This document shows positions 1-11,679 of a stretch of DNA of 60,303 nt, piece by piece. The stretch comes from Candidatus Zambryskiibacteriota bacterium (GTDB taxonomy: Bacteria; Patescibacteriota; Minisyncoccia; Phycocordibacterales; DATDWN01). The notes under the pieces are model-generated. The model searched no databases. It was given only the letters and a program-made list of their open reading frames with translations, and had not been told where the DNA came from. A program made the position numbers and the translations under genes. Positions within the stretch are counted from its first letter, which is position 1. Every line of letters starts with the position of its first letter. The DNA lies in assembly GCA_003173855.1 (NCBI GenBank), contig PPGI01000010.1, positions 1 through 60,303 on the forward strand, written 5' to 3'.

Positions 1-70
1 CGAGGAGACGTACAATAGTACGTTGACGAGAATTTTTCGAAGTCCAACAACGAAATGCGCCAGTTTTGGA
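1..70 (-). repeat. Partial palindromic intergenic element, family 1 (cut by window edge)
   Basis: Reverse complement cgttgttggacttcgaaaaattctcgtcaacgtactattgtacgtctcctcg aligns with 7592-7645; lies just after the rnj stop. Confidence 0.7.
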
Positions 71-76
71 AGTTTT

Positions 77-1864
77 CTACACTCCTAAGATTACAGGGAT
101 GACTATAGGTTTCTTCGCAGTTTTTTGGAACAAGAATCTAGCCACTTCGTCAGCAAGTGTTGCTTTAACTAGATCAAAATCGATTGGATTCATGCCAGCT
201 GTGGTGTTTTCAACTGTTTTTTTGATAATCATTCGGGCGTGATTTAGAAGTTCCTGTGATTCACGAAGATAAACAAAACCTCGAGAAATAATATCTGGAG
301 ATTTTTTCAATTTTCCTGTTTTAGTATTGATTGAAACAACGACAAGAAAGATTCCGTCTTGAGCAAGCATTTTTCTGTCTCGCATAACCATTTCCTGAAC
401 ATTTCCAACAGAGAAACCATCAACAAGTACCAGATTTGAAGGCACTTTTTCTTTCAGCATTCGGATTTTCTGGCCTTGGTCATAAATTTCTACGATTGAA
501 CCATTGTCTGGAATAACAATATTTTCTTTTGGATGTCCGAGCGATTGGGAAAGTTCAGCATGCTGGCAAAGCATGTAGTGGTTTCCGTGAACTGGCATAA
601 AGAATTTGTAAGGAATTTGTTGGTGAATCCATTTAAGTTCGTCTCGGTTTCCGTGTCCTGAAGCATGAATGTCAGAATCAAGATATGTAACAATTTTAGC
701 ACCAGATCGGTAAAGGTTGTCTTTCAGATTAATAACTGACCTGTAGTTTGTTGGAATAACAGAAGAGGAGAGGAGGACAGTGTCAGTTGGTTTTAAGTGA
801 ACATATTTGTGAGTTTTATTTGCAATACGCATTAGAGCTGCAAATTCCTCACCTTGGGCACCAGTTACAAGCATAACAATCCTATCTGGCGGATAATTTT
901 CAATATCTTCAAGAGGAATGATGTTTGTTACTTCAGCAAGTTTTAAATGTTTAATGATTTCAATGTTTGATTTCATTGAACGGCCTTCAATCACCATTTT
1001 CTTTCCGTATTTTTCTGCAGCCTTTATGATAGCGATGATTCGTTCAACTTGAGAAGCAAACGTAGCAATGATCAATCGGCTTTTGGTTTCTTTGATAAAA
1101 CGATCAATGTTTTCGATAACCACATCTTCTGAAAGTGAAAACCCGGGTTTTTCAATCGAAGTTGAGTCCATCGTAAGCAAAAGCACATTCATGTCTTTAA
1201 ACATTTTGTACTGCTCGACTTCTTCTTCCGTTGGAACACCTTTGACGTTATCAACACGAACATCTTCAATGAAAACAATATTTCCATAAGGAGTCTCAAT
1301 GATTAATCCCATTGAATCGGGAATAGTGTGTGAAATAGGAAATGTTTTTACTCGAAGTTGTCCGACTGTGATAGCTTCGTTGCCATCAATAATTGCGATA
1401 TCGAGTGGTTTTAAGTGAGGAAATTCTTCCTGGCGTTTTTTAATCATCACTGCACCGAATTGTCTTGTATAAATTTTTGGATAGCCAATTCGATCAATGA
1501 TAAATGGAATGCCGCCAATGTGATCTAGGTGACCATGAGTTATAAAAAGAGCCCGAATTCGATCTTTATTATCTTCAAGATATTTAGTGTTTGGCAAAAT
1601 GTAATCAATTCCAGGAGTATCTTCGTCTTTAAATTGAAAACCAGCATCAATAATGATGATATCGTCTTTATATTCAATAGCTGTCATATTTCGGCCGACT
1701 TCCTCAACTCCTCCAAGCGGAATAACTCGAATACTGTCTCCGATAGGCGGGATAACATCCTCAGTTTTTTTAGTCATTTTTAACGGAATGTCTCGACGAC
1801 CAAATTGTCTCCTAGGTCGGGGACCGCGCGCATGATGTCTTGATTCTTGTGTTTGATTTTCCAT
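77..1864 (-). CDS. rnj: Ribonuclease J
   Basis: GGVEEVGRNMT start, THGHLDHIG metallo-beta-lactamase motif, HASGH, MPVHG, SRGFVY C-terminal motif. Confidence 0.95.
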   Translation of the reverse strand: MENQTQESRHHARGPRPRRQFGRRDIPLKMTKKTEDVIPPIGDSIRVIPLGGVEEVGRNMTAIEYKDDIIIIDAGFQFKDEDTPGIDYILPNTKYLEDNKDRIRALFITHGHLDHIGGIPFIIDRIGYPKIYTRQFGAVMIKKRQEEFPHLKPLDIAIIDGNEAITVGQLRVKTFPISHTIPDSMGLIIETPYGNIVFIEDVRVDNVKGVPTEEEVEQYKMFKDMNVLLLTMDSTSIEKPGFSLSEDVVIENIDRFIKETKSRLIIATFASQVERIIAIIKAAEKYGKKMVIEGRSMKSNIEIIKHLKLAEVTNIIPLEDIENYPPDRIVMLVTGAQGEEFAALMRIANKTHKYVHLKPTDTVLLSSSVIPTNYRSVINLKDNLYRSGAKIVTYLDSDIHASGHGNRDELKWIHQQIPYKFFMPVHGNHYMLCQHAELSQSLGHPKENIVIPDNGSIVEIYDQGQKIRMLKEKVPSNLVLVDGFSVGNVQEMVMRDRKMLAQDGIFLVVVSINTKTGKLKKSPDIISRGFVYLRESQELLNHARMIIKKTVENTTAGMNPIDFDLVKATLADEVARFLFQKTAKKPIVIPVILGV

Positions 1865-1869
1865 ATGAA

Positions 1870-3615
1870 TTAATTATTATTTTGTTTTGCAAAAAATTTC
1901 CAAACGTTATTTGTCTCAATGTACCATTTATATACATTTCCAAACCGCTCATTTGCAGTTGTAAGAGTTCCTAATTCCACACCGTGGACTTTATTTGGAA
2001 CAATGTAGATAAAATATGGAGCGTAGGTGAATACTGCCGGTACGTCGTTTGTTATTTCATTGTTTATACCAGATAAGTTATCCTTTTGTAAATCCGGATC
2101 ATTTGTTTTTCTAAAATTTTCAAGCATTTTGTCAGCACGAAGATTCGTATAAAGTGCAATATTTAATCCTGGACTGACACGTTCTGAAGAATGCCAAAAT
2201 GGATAAAGATCAAGATCTCGTCCGACCACTTCGCCAAAAAGAAGCGAATCGTATTTTCGATTTCGAATAATATTTTGATTTAAATCTCCGAGTTCAAAAA
2301 TTTTTACTTCAACTAAAGCTCCGATTTTTTCCCATTGTTTCTGGAGCAAATAGGCTGCAGCTTTTAATTCAGGTGCGTCACCTGTGGAAATTGAAAATGA
2401 GAGGGTTGTTGTATTTCCTTTTTTATCTTTTTTTTCAAAAATTCCCGAATCATTTTGCTTCCAGCCTGCGCGAGTAAGTATTGCTTCGGCAAGAGTAACT
2501 CTGTCTTCTGAAGATGTCGCTTTATTGCCCAAATTTTGAGGTGGAATAGGAGAATCGATCGGTTCACCATAACCTTGGAGCACAGAATTAATGATTTCCT
2601 GCTTGTCTGTAGCTTTATTTAGAGCGAGTCTTACTTCTTTATTAACCAAAACAGGCGCAACATTTTGATTGAAGAAAACGCCGAAAATTCTCGGCAATGG
2701 TGAAAGCAAAACAATTTCGTTGTCGATTTTTAAATTTGGAAGTTCTTTAGGAGTTACTCCGTGAATACTTTCAACATTTCCGTCTTTAAAGTTTGAAATT
2801 AGATTTTCCATATCAGGATATGATTTGATAACCAAATTTGTGATGTAGGGTTCTCCCAAAGCATATTTATTGAAAGCTTTTAAATGGTATTCAGATGGTA
2901 AACCGCTTCCGTTGTAAGTTATGTAATCTACTTTGTATGGTCCAGAACCAATTGGTTTTGTGTTGTATTGGCTAAATGGAAATTCTTCGTTTGTTGCTTT
3001 GCTCCAAATATGTTTTGGCAATATTCCTGTTGTTAGATTCTCAATAAATGGTGAATAAGCTTGACTTAATGTAAATCTTACAGTTTTATCATCAACTTTT
3101 GTGACTTTTACACCTTGCCAGTTTGCTTCGCGTGGACTCTTAAGGCTTGGGTCTTGTGCTCGCTCCACTGTAAAAACCACATCATCTGCTGTCACTTTTA
3201 TACCATCATGGAATGTGGCATTTTTTAATGTAGCTGTGTATGTTAGGCCATCTTCAGATATGTTGTATGTTTCTGCAAGATCAGGGATCAATTGTCCCGA
3301 TGGGTCAACACGCAAAAGGCCTGAATAAATTAATGTTGAGAGATCTTTATCTGTATCAGATGATGCAAGAATTGGGTTAATGAAACGGGGTGATCCTATA
3401 ACACCTTCAGTCAAAGTTCCTCCATAATCCGGAACTGCTACAAGAAATAATTTATTAACTTGGTAAAGAAGGACAAGCGCACTTATTCCAAATACAAAAA
3501 CCAGAAAATAAAATACAGCTTTTTCTGTTACTGAAAATGACTTGATTACTCGAAGGATTTTGTCCCCGTATGGAATACGCCATCTCTTTTCCTTAAATTC
3601 AAAATTATTATTCAC
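1870..3615 (-). CDS. Peptide ABC transporter substrate-binding protein (family 5, OppA/DppA-like), membrane anchored
   Basis: YGGTLTEG, LIYSGLLR, PDLAE, FHDG..VTADDVVFT, PIGSGPY motifs; N-terminal TM helix. Confidence 0.9.
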   Translation of the reverse strand: MNNNFEFKEKRWRIPYGDKILRVIKSFSVTEKAVFYFLVFVFGISALVLLYQVNKLFLVAVPDYGGTLTEGVIGSPRFINPILASSDTDKDLSTLIYSGLLRVDPSGQLIPDLAETYNISEDGLTYTATLKNATFHDGIKVTADDVVFTVERAQDPSLKSPREANWQGVKVTKVDDKTVRFTLSQAYSPFIENLTTGILPKHIWSKATNEEFPFSQYNTKPIGSGPYKVDYITYNGSGLPSEYHLKAFNKYALGEPYITNLVIKSYPDMENLISNFKDGNVESIHGVTPKELPNLKIDNEIVLLSPLPRIFGVFFNQNVAPVLVNKEVRLALNKATDKQEIINSVLQGYGEPIDSPIPPQNLGNKATSSEDRVTLAEAILTRAGWKQNDSGIFEKKDKKGNTTTLSFSISTGDAPELKAAAYLLQKQWEKIGALVEVKIFELGDLNQNIIRNRKYDSLLFGEVVGRDLDLYPFWHSSERVSPGLNIALYTNLRADKMLENFRKTNDPDLQKDNLSGINNEITNDVPAVFTYAPYFIYIVPNKVHGVELGTLTTANERFGNVYKWYIETNNVWKFFAKQNNN

Positions 3616-3654
3616 GAAATTAGAAAGCGGAAAAATCCGCCAAATTTGAAAATA

Positions 3655-3888
3655 TTACAAAAGTAGCAAGCTAAATGAGGTAGCAGCAAAAAGTATTGCA
3701 ATAATTATGGTTCCTATAAAAATTGTCCTTTCAGATCCTCTTTTTGTGTGATGGCCAGAAGAAAATCCATCTCCGCCACCGAAAGCAGTACCCAAACCAG
3801 CTTCTGTCTGCTGTATTAGGATGCCTCCCATAAGTAGGATAGACAATATGATTTGAACGTATGGTATGTAGGCAGTAATGCCACTCAT
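3655..3888 (-). CDS. secG: Preprotein translocase subunit SecG
   Basis: Two TM helices with ILIQQ..AGLG.AFGG loop and TKRGSE; start moved to MSGITAY. Confidence 0.9.
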   Translation of the reverse strand: MSGITAYIPYVQIILSILLMGGILIQQTEAGLGTAFGGGDGFSSGHHTKRGSERTIFIGTIIIAILFAATSFSLLLL

Positions 3889-3945
3889 CGTTTGATTATC
3901 ATAGCAAGATTGCAAAAATTTGCAAATTACTATATTGTAACGGCG

Positions 3946-5956
<2,011 letters not shown>

Positions 5957-6001
5957 AAAACTAGTGATATAATTTTTGCGTTACAAACTAATCTAAAACA
6001 A

Positions 6002-6580
6002 ATGCCTGAACAATCATTTTTTGCTCGAAATAAAGTTTTAATTATAGTTTTACTTGTGATTGTAGTTCTAGTTTGGTGGGGAGTTGCTACATACAACTCA
6101 TTTATAAGAGGAGGAGAGCAGATTACTGCACAATGGGCACAAGTTGAAAATCAATACCAAAGGCGTTTTGATTTGATTCCAAATGTTGTAAACACTGTAA
6201 AAGGTGTTGCAAAGCAGGAACAAGCTGTGTTTGGTGAAATTGCTGAAGCTAGAACACATTACGCAGGTGCTGTTACTCCAGACCAAAAAGCAGCTGCGGC
6301 AAGCCAAGTCGAGTCAACACTCGGAAGATTGTTAGTTATTGCTGAAAATTATCCAACCTTGCAATCAAGCCAAGCATATAGGGATTTAATTGTGGAACTC
6401 GAGGGAACAGAAAACAGAATTTCAGTTGAGAGAATGAAATACAATGATCTAGTACGTTCGTACGATACGAAAGTAAAAACTTTCCCAACTTCAGTTTTAG
6501 CAAAACTGTTTGGAGTTAGTGCGCATGAGTACTTCAACGTACCTGAGTCCAATCAACAAGCTCCTCAAGTCCAGTTTTAA
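6002..6580 (+). CDS. lemA: LemA family protein
   Basis: N-terminal TM, WAQVENQYQRRFDLIPN, AENYP.L, ENRISVER..YN, FP...LA..FG. Confidence 0.93.
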   Translation: MPEQSFFARNKVLIIVLLVIVVLVWWGVATYNSFIRGGEQITAQWAQVENQYQRRFDLIPNVVNTVKGVAKQEQAVFGEIAEARTHYAGAVTPDQKAAAASQVESTLGRLLVIAENYPTLQSSQAYRDLIVELEGTENRISVERMKYNDLVRSYDTKVKTFPTSVLAKLFGVSAHEYFNVPESNQQAPQVQF

Positions 6581-6582
6581 TT

Positions 6583-6706
6583 CTTTGTAATTTCTTTTTC
6601 GTCATATTTTTCAGAGAGTACGCGATTTTTCTTCTGAAAAATCGCTCAAGTCCTCGGCCGTCGCCTGCGGAGCCTCTCTTCAAAACATGACTCAACGAAA
6701 TTAAAG
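6583..6706. repeat. Palindromic intergenic element, divergent member of family 2
   Basis: Imperfect inverted ends; terminal catgactcaacgaaatt resembles catagctcaacgagact at 33223-33239; immediately after lemA stop. Confidence 0.5.
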
Positions 6707-7569
6707 TGAAAAAAATATTACTCACATCTCTTCTTTTGTTACCAGCAATTTCTTTTTCTTTTACAGTACCCCAAAAACCAACTGGTTTTGTAAATGATTA
6801 CGCGCACATGCTTAATGCTGATCAAGTTAATCAGCTTGAAGCAAAACTTGATGCATATGAAAAACAAAGTACAAATGAAATTGCAGTCGTTACAATACCA
6901 TCGCTTGATGGAGATACGATTGAAAATGTTGCGCAAGAAATATTCACACAATGGGGAATTGGGAAAAAAGATAAAAATAATGGAGTTTTACTCCTAATTT
7001 CTCTTGCAGATCGTAAGACAAGAATTCAAACGGGATATGGAGTTGAAGGAGAGCTAACTGATATTGAAACATCTTATATTCAAAGTGATGTAATTCGTCC
7101 AGCATTTCAGTCGGGTGATTACTATGGAGGAATAAATAATGCGGTTGATAAAATAATAACCGCGCTGGGTGGAAATAATATTGTTCCAGAAAATTATTCA
7201 AACACGAAGATTGATTTTCCATTTCAGCTTGTATTCTTTTTTATCATTATTTTCTTTCAAATAGTTGTTTCAATTTTGGCACGATCAAAATCTTGGTGGG
7301 GAGGAGGTGTGGTTGGAGGAATTATTGGATTAATAATTTGGCATTTCTTTATTGCTTCGCTTTTATTTGCTATTCCACTTATTTTTATTTTGATTGGATT
7401 TGGATTATTCATTGACTATCACGTCTCACGAAGTTATGACAAATATAAAAATTTTGGTGGTAGGCCACCCTGGTTTTTAGGTGGCGGCGGTGGTTTCGGA
7501 GGCGGCGGTGGGTTTGGGGGGTTTGGGGGAGGTGGATCAGGCGGCGGTGGTTCTAGCGGTTCTTGGTAA
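6706..7569 (+). CDS. TPM-domain (YgcG-like) membrane protein with Gly-rich tail
   Basis: GFVNDYA..L, EIAVVTI.SL, WGIG.K.KNNGVLLLI, RIQTGYGVEG; GGGSGGGGSSGSW tail; canonical lemA neighbour; GTG start. Confidence 0.9.
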   Translation: MKKILLTSLLLLPAISFSFTVPQKPTGFVNDYAHMLNADQVNQLEAKLDAYEKQSTNEIAVVTIPSLDGDTIENVAQEIFTQWGIGKKDKNNGVLLLISLADRKTRIQTGYGVEGELTDIETSYIQSDVIRPAFQSGDYYGGINNAVDKIITALGGNNIVPENYSNTKIDFPFQLVFFFIIIFFQIVVSILARSKSWWGGGVVGGIIGLIIWHFFIASLLFAIPLIFILIGFGLFIDYHVSRSYDKYKNFGGRPPWFLGGGGGFGGGGGFGGFGGGGSGGGGSSGSW

Positions 7570-7687
7570 ATCAACAAAATCACCTCATCTGCGTTGTTGC
7601 AGTTCGATTTTTCTCATTCACCGTACTACTTGTACGACTCACTCGCAAAATCTCCTGCGCCTAGCATCTGAGGCAATTTAGTTGATT
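7569..7687 (+). repeat. Palindromic intergenic element, family 1
   Basis: Ends aatcaacaaaatcacctca / tgaggcaatttagttgatt are inverted repeats; core ccgtactacttgtacg; highly similar to 35648-35752. Confidence 0.85.
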
Positions 7688-7717
7688 TTAAATTGTTGAT
7701 ATAATTTAATGTGAAGT

Positions 7718-8311
7718 ATGACTGATGATTTAAAAGCAAAAATTGCTGAACTAGAGAACCAAGTTCACGAGCTTGAGAAAGATTTAATTCACGACTCACT
7801 TACTGGATTAAAAACTCGTGCTTTTTTTGAAGAAGAAACAAATACCTATCTCGCAACTATTTCAAAGGCAGTAGAAGGTGGACCACGAAAAAATTGGTTT
7901 GGTTTCAGAAATTTAAGCATTTTATTTTTTGATATTGATCATTTTAAAAAAATAAATGATACGTACGGACATGATGTTGGGGATATGGTTTTAAAAAAAG
8001 TTGCAAATAAAATTAATAAAAATGTTAGAGAAGGTGATACTGTTGCAAGATGGGGAGGAGAAGAAATGGTGGCGTCGCTTTTAGGCGCAAATGAGGAGGA
8101 TGCTAAAGATAAAGCTGAAAGAATTAGAAAAAAAATAGAACAGTTAGAGTTTGAAGGAAAGCCTGATTTAAAAGTAACAATAAGCATAGGAATAGCTAAA
8201 AATTTCGAAAATTCTACGGCAAAAGATTTGCTTAAAAATGCTGATCTTGCTTTATATGAAGCCAAGCGAAGTGGTAGAAATAAAGTAGTGGCATTTTCAC
8301 AACTTAAGTAG
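7718..8311 (+). CDS. Diguanylate cyclase (stand-alone GGDEF domain)
   Basis: HDSLTGL, FFDIDHFKKINDTYGHDVGD, RWGGEE active site, REGD I-site, TISIG, AKRSGRN. Confidence 0.92.
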   Translation: MTDDLKAKIAELENQVHELEKDLIHDSLTGLKTRAFFEEETNTYLATISKAVEGGPRKNWFGFRNLSILFFDIDHFKKINDTYGHDVGDMVLKKVANKINKNVREGDTVARWGGEEMVASLLGANEEDAKDKAERIRKKIEQLEFEGKPDLKVTISIGIAKNFENSTAKDLLKNADLALYEAKRSGRNKVVAFSQLK

Positions 8312-8336
8312 TATTGTTTCAATAGAAAGGAGAAAC

Positions 8337-8846
8337 ATGATAAAACGCTTTGAAGCGATTGAGGCTTCTCTAGTTTTTCTCATGAGGGATAACCAAATTT
8401 TACTTGCAAATAAAGTTAGAAAAATAGGGAAAGGATACCTTAATGGGTATGGGGGTAAACTAGAAAAAGGAGAAACGCCGGAAAGTAATGCTTCACGAGA
8501 AGTTTTTACTGAAGCACAGACCATCGTTCTAGAAAAAGATCTTGAGAAGGTTGCAATTGCTTATTTTTGGAATGTGCGTGAAGAGCAAGAAGATCTTCTT
8601 GTGAGAGTTCATGTATTTGTTAGTAAAAAATGGTACCGTGATCCTGTTTCAACAGAAGAAATGTCCGATCCGGAATGGCATGAGATTTCTTCCCTCAATG
8701 AGCTTCCGCTAATGCTTGCTGATTACCAGTGGTTACCTGTAGCTCTTTCTGGAAAGAAAATCTATGCCGAAGCGTGGTATGGTCCCGAACAAAAAACTTT
8801 ACTACGTGATGTAAGAATCACTGAAGTAGAGAAATTTGAAGAGTAG
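8337..8846 (+). CDS. NUDIX hydrolase (8-oxo-dGTPase MTH1/MutT-like)
   Basis: LNGYGGKLEKGETPESNASREVFTE NUDIX box; TEEM.P.W and M..AD..WLP features; SD aggag. Confidence 0.8.
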   Translation: MIKRFEAIEASLVFLMRDNQILLANKVRKIGKGYLNGYGGKLEKGETPESNASREVFTEAQTIVLEKDLEKVAIAYFWNVREEQEDLLVRVHVFVSKKWYRDPVSTEEMSDPEWHEISSLNELPLMLADYQWLPVALSGKKIYAEAWYGPEQKTLLRDVRITEVEKFEE

Positions 8847-8863
8847 CGCAAGCTACTCTTTTC
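8840..8863 (+). terminator. Intrinsic terminator-like hairpin
   Basis: AGAGTAGC-GCAA-GCTACTCT followed by T run. Confidence 0.65.
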
Positions 8864-8883
8864 GTTTCTGATATAATTTAGTT

Positions 8884-9393
8884 ATGACTATTCCTCAAAT
8901 TAAAAACAAAGAGCTACACAGAATTACAACAACTACTCTTATTTATAAACCTTATGGAAAAGATTTTAAATATTTAATTACAAAAAGGGCAATGCACAAA
9001 AAAGCTCATCCGGGTATGTGGACTATTCCAGGAGGCGGACTTTCAGTTGATGACTATATAAATACACCTATGAGCGAGCATGGAGAAAACCTTTGGTACA
9101 ATGTACTGGAAAAATCTCTGCATCGGGAAATTAAAGAAGAAGTTGGTTTAGAAATTGGTACACCAAAACTTATTGTTGATCTAACATTTATCAGACCCGA
9201 TGGTATTCCTGTTATTTGTTTTAGTATGTACACACCGTACGTTTCTGGAGAAGTTGATATCGGAAATGATCCTGAGGGAGATACGACAGATTTTGCTTGG
9301 GTGACATTGGAAGAAGCGAAAAAATATGATTTGATACCTGGGATTTGGGATGAAATACGTCAGGTAGATGAAATCCTAAAAAATAATAAATAA
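8884..9393 (+). CDS. NUDIX hydrolase
   Basis: PGMWTIPGG...SLHREIKEEVGLEI. Confidence 0.85.
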   Translation: MTIPQIKNKELHRITTTTLIYKPYGKDFKYLITKRAMHKKAHPGMWTIPGGGLSVDDYINTPMSEHGENLWYNVLEKSLHREIKEEVGLEIGTPKLIVDLTFIRPDGIPVICFSMYTPYVSGEVDIGNDPEGDTTDFAWVTLEEAKKYDLIPGIWDEIRQVDEILKNNK

Positions 9394-9394
9394 A

Positions 9395-9479
9395 GGAGAG
9401 ATGCGAGAGTGGTTTAATCGGCAGTCCTGGAAAGACTGTGTAGGGAAACTTACCGAGGGTTCGAATCCCTCTCTCTCCG
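9395..9479 (+). tRNA. tRNA-Ser (GGA)
   Basis: GGAGAGA/TCTCTCC acceptor, CAGTC-CT-GGA-AA-GACTG anticodon arm, long variable arm, GGTTCGAATCC T arm; CCA not encoded. Confidence 0.95.
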
Positions 9480-9509
9480 CAAAGTTAGCTAATGCTATAA
9501 TAAAGGCTC

Positions 9510-10439
9510 ATGCTGAAAACTTACAAAATTTTTTTTCTGGTTGCTGTAATCGGCTTTGCTATTTTCTATAGAACAAAATTAGAAAATATTTGGGCTGAAG
9601 CTTACCAGCATTATCTTCCATGTAAAACGCCAATTGCCTATAGCATTGGTACTTTTGATACTCGATTTGGCATATCCAAAGTCGAATTTTTAAGTGCATT
9701 AGCACAAGCTGAATCAATTTGGGAAACTCCAATAAACAAGCAATTATTTAAATATGATCCAAATGGCAATTTAAAAGTAAATTTAATTTATGATAATCGG
9801 CAAAGGGCAACTGATCAATTAAAATCTATGGGACTTGTTGTTAGTGATAACAGAGCATCATATGACGAACTTAAAGCAAAATATGATTCACTTATTCTAG
9901 AGTACAACCAAAAACGTGCAACTTTTCAAGCTGACCTAAGTAATTTTCAACTAGCAAAAACATCTTATGAAAAAGAAGTTCAACAGATAAATGCTCGAGG
10001 TGGAGCAACAAGAGAGGAGTACAACAGACTAAATACTGAAAAAAATGTTTTAAATTCTCGAGTCACTTCGCTCAATTTAGAGCAAGATCAGTTGAATCAA
10101 ATGGTTGACCAAATCAATACTTTGGCTAAAACATTGAATGATTTAGCTTCGACGCTTAATATTAATGTCCAAAAATTTAACACAGTTGGCTCAAGTTTGT
10201 CAGGTGAGTTTGATGAAGGAATTTATAAATCAAGTCCAGATGGCCAGGAGATTGATATTTACCAATTTGAAAACAGAGATAAATTAGTGCGCGTTCTTGC
10301 TCACGAACTTGGACACGCGCTTGGTCTTGAACATGTCGATGATCCAAAAGCGATCATGTACAAATTAAATGTAGGGGAGAATGAAAAATTAACTTCTGCT
10401 GATTTAGGAGAATTAAAAAATCTTTGCGGTATTAAATAA
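9510..10439 (+). CDS. Matrixin-like (M10) zinc metalloprotease with central coiled coil
   Basis: HELGHALGLEH zinc motif plus AIMY Met-turn; N-terminal TM. Confidence 0.88.
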   Translation: MLKTYKIFFLVAVIGFAIFYRTKLENIWAEAYQHYLPCKTPIAYSIGTFDTRFGISKVEFLSALAQAESIWETPINKQLFKYDPNGNLKVNLIYDNRQRATDQLKSMGLVVSDNRASYDELKAKYDSLILEYNQKRATFQADLSNFQLAKTSYEKEVQQINARGGATREEYNRLNTEKNVLNSRVTSLNLEQDQLNQMVDQINTLAKTLNDLASTLNINVQKFNTVGSSLSGEFDEGIYKSSPDGQEIDIYQFENRDKLVRVLAHELGHALGLEHVDDPKAIMYKLNVGENEKLTSADLGELKNLCGIK

Positions 10440-10442
10440 TTT

Positions 10443-11531
10443 ATGAAAAAATTTATTAAAATCTGTTTCTATCTTTTGATCATTCTTTTTGCAGTTACAA
10501 TTTTATCTAAATCATCAATCAAACATAATGTGAATGTAAAGCCATCTCGGGCACTCCATGTTCCAGCTGTTGGAGCGATACGTTGGGATGCGTGGTATTC
10601 AGGAAGTAATTTAAGTAAAACTGAGGAAATCGCTCTGTCGCCAGAGAAATGGCATTATCGTCTGCCTTTTTATGCAGTGATTCCAAAAAAGGGAACTGTT
10701 CAGATTAGATTGGATACACAGGCACAAATGGACTTTGAAATTCGAGCAGCCAAAGCTGGAGGATTAGATTATTGGGCGTTTGGTTATTATGGTGATAATG
10801 ATAAAAATGCTAATGCATTAAAAAAATATTTAAATAGTGCTCATAAAGCTGACATGAGATATGCTCTACTTTTATTTCCACAAGCAATTGGGAAAAGTGG
10901 ATGGCTTGGTCAAGTCGTTGCTCACTTTTCTGATCCACTGTATATGAAGGTTCTAAATGGTCGACCACTTTTATATGTATTTGATGCCGGAGGATCGATT
11001 TCAAAAAATGATTTGGAAAGTGTGAGAAGTGCTGCAAAATCCGCAGGTCTGCCAAACCCATACATTGCTTGGATGACATGGGATGTGCAGGATGGGAAGT
11101 GTGAAAGTCATGACTGCGATGCTATTGCCAATTATGGATTATCACCTACAGGAAATCCCCTGGAAGTTGTGCCGTATCAAAATTTAGCAAATGTGGATCT
11201 TAAATTTTCTCAAGATGCCGAGAATAGAGGCTTAAAAGTTATCCCACCAGTTGGCACTGGTTGGGATCCACGACCTGGGTATGATTATCCGCCGCCATGG
11301 GGAGCAGGTTACAAGACGGCAGTTACAAATGGGACACCTCAGGAGATTGCAGAAAATTTAAATACTGCTATACATTGGGCAAACAGCAATGGATCTGCTG
11401 AATCAAAAGTAATTCTCATATATGCATGGAATGAATTTGAGGAAGGAGGATGGCTAACACCGATGCTACAAGGTGGAGCAGAGAGACTCACTGCGATAAG
11501 CTCTGTTATGAGCACGCTTCCTAAAAAATAA
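10443..11531 (+). CDS. Secreted GH99/GH71-like glycoside hydrolase
   Basis: VGAIRWDAW, LDYWAF, GRPLLYVF, GWDPRP, IYAWNEFEEGGW motifs; N-terminal signal/TM. Confidence 0.7.
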   Translation: MKKFIKICFYLLIILFAVTILSKSSIKHNVNVKPSRALHVPAVGAIRWDAWYSGSNLSKTEEIALSPEKWHYRLPFYAVIPKKGTVQIRLDTQAQMDFEIRAAKAGGLDYWAFGYYGDNDKNANALKKYLNSAHKADMRYALLLFPQAIGKSGWLGQVVAHFSDPLYMKVLNGRPLLYVFDAGGSISKNDLESVRSAAKSAGLPNPYIAWMTWDVQDGKCESHDCDAIANYGLSPTGNPLEVVPYQNLANVDLKFSQDAENRGLKVIPPVGTGWDPRPGYDYPPPWGAGYKTAVTNGTPQEIAENLNTAIHWANSNGSAESKVILIYAWNEFEEGGWLTPMLQGGAERLTAISSVMSTLPKK

Positions 11532-11541
11532 AATTAATATT

Positions 11542-11615
11542 GCGGAATTAGTTAAATGGTAGAACGGCCGCTTCCCAAGCGGCAAATACGAGTTCGATTC
11601 TCGTATTCCGCACCA
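11542..11615 (+). tRNA. tRNA-Gly (CCC)
   Basis: GCGGAAT/ATTCCGC acceptor, GCCGC-TT-CCC-AA-GCGGC anticodon arm, ACGAG-TTCGATT-CTCGT T arm, encoded CCA. Confidence 0.95.
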
Positions 11616-11679
11616 TTGACTTTGTTTAATAACTATGCTAATACGATGGCGTACTTATATTTAAATCAAAGAAATCAAT

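Noticed and set aside
7470-7566. GGC/GGT-rich tract
   Set aside because: Known Gly-rich tail of TPM/YgcG proteins
7569-7687. Integron attC interpretation of the palindromic elements
   Set aside because: Only this copy has partial AAC/GTT ends; RYYYAAC/GTTRRRY is absent in the others, and they follow housekeeping genes
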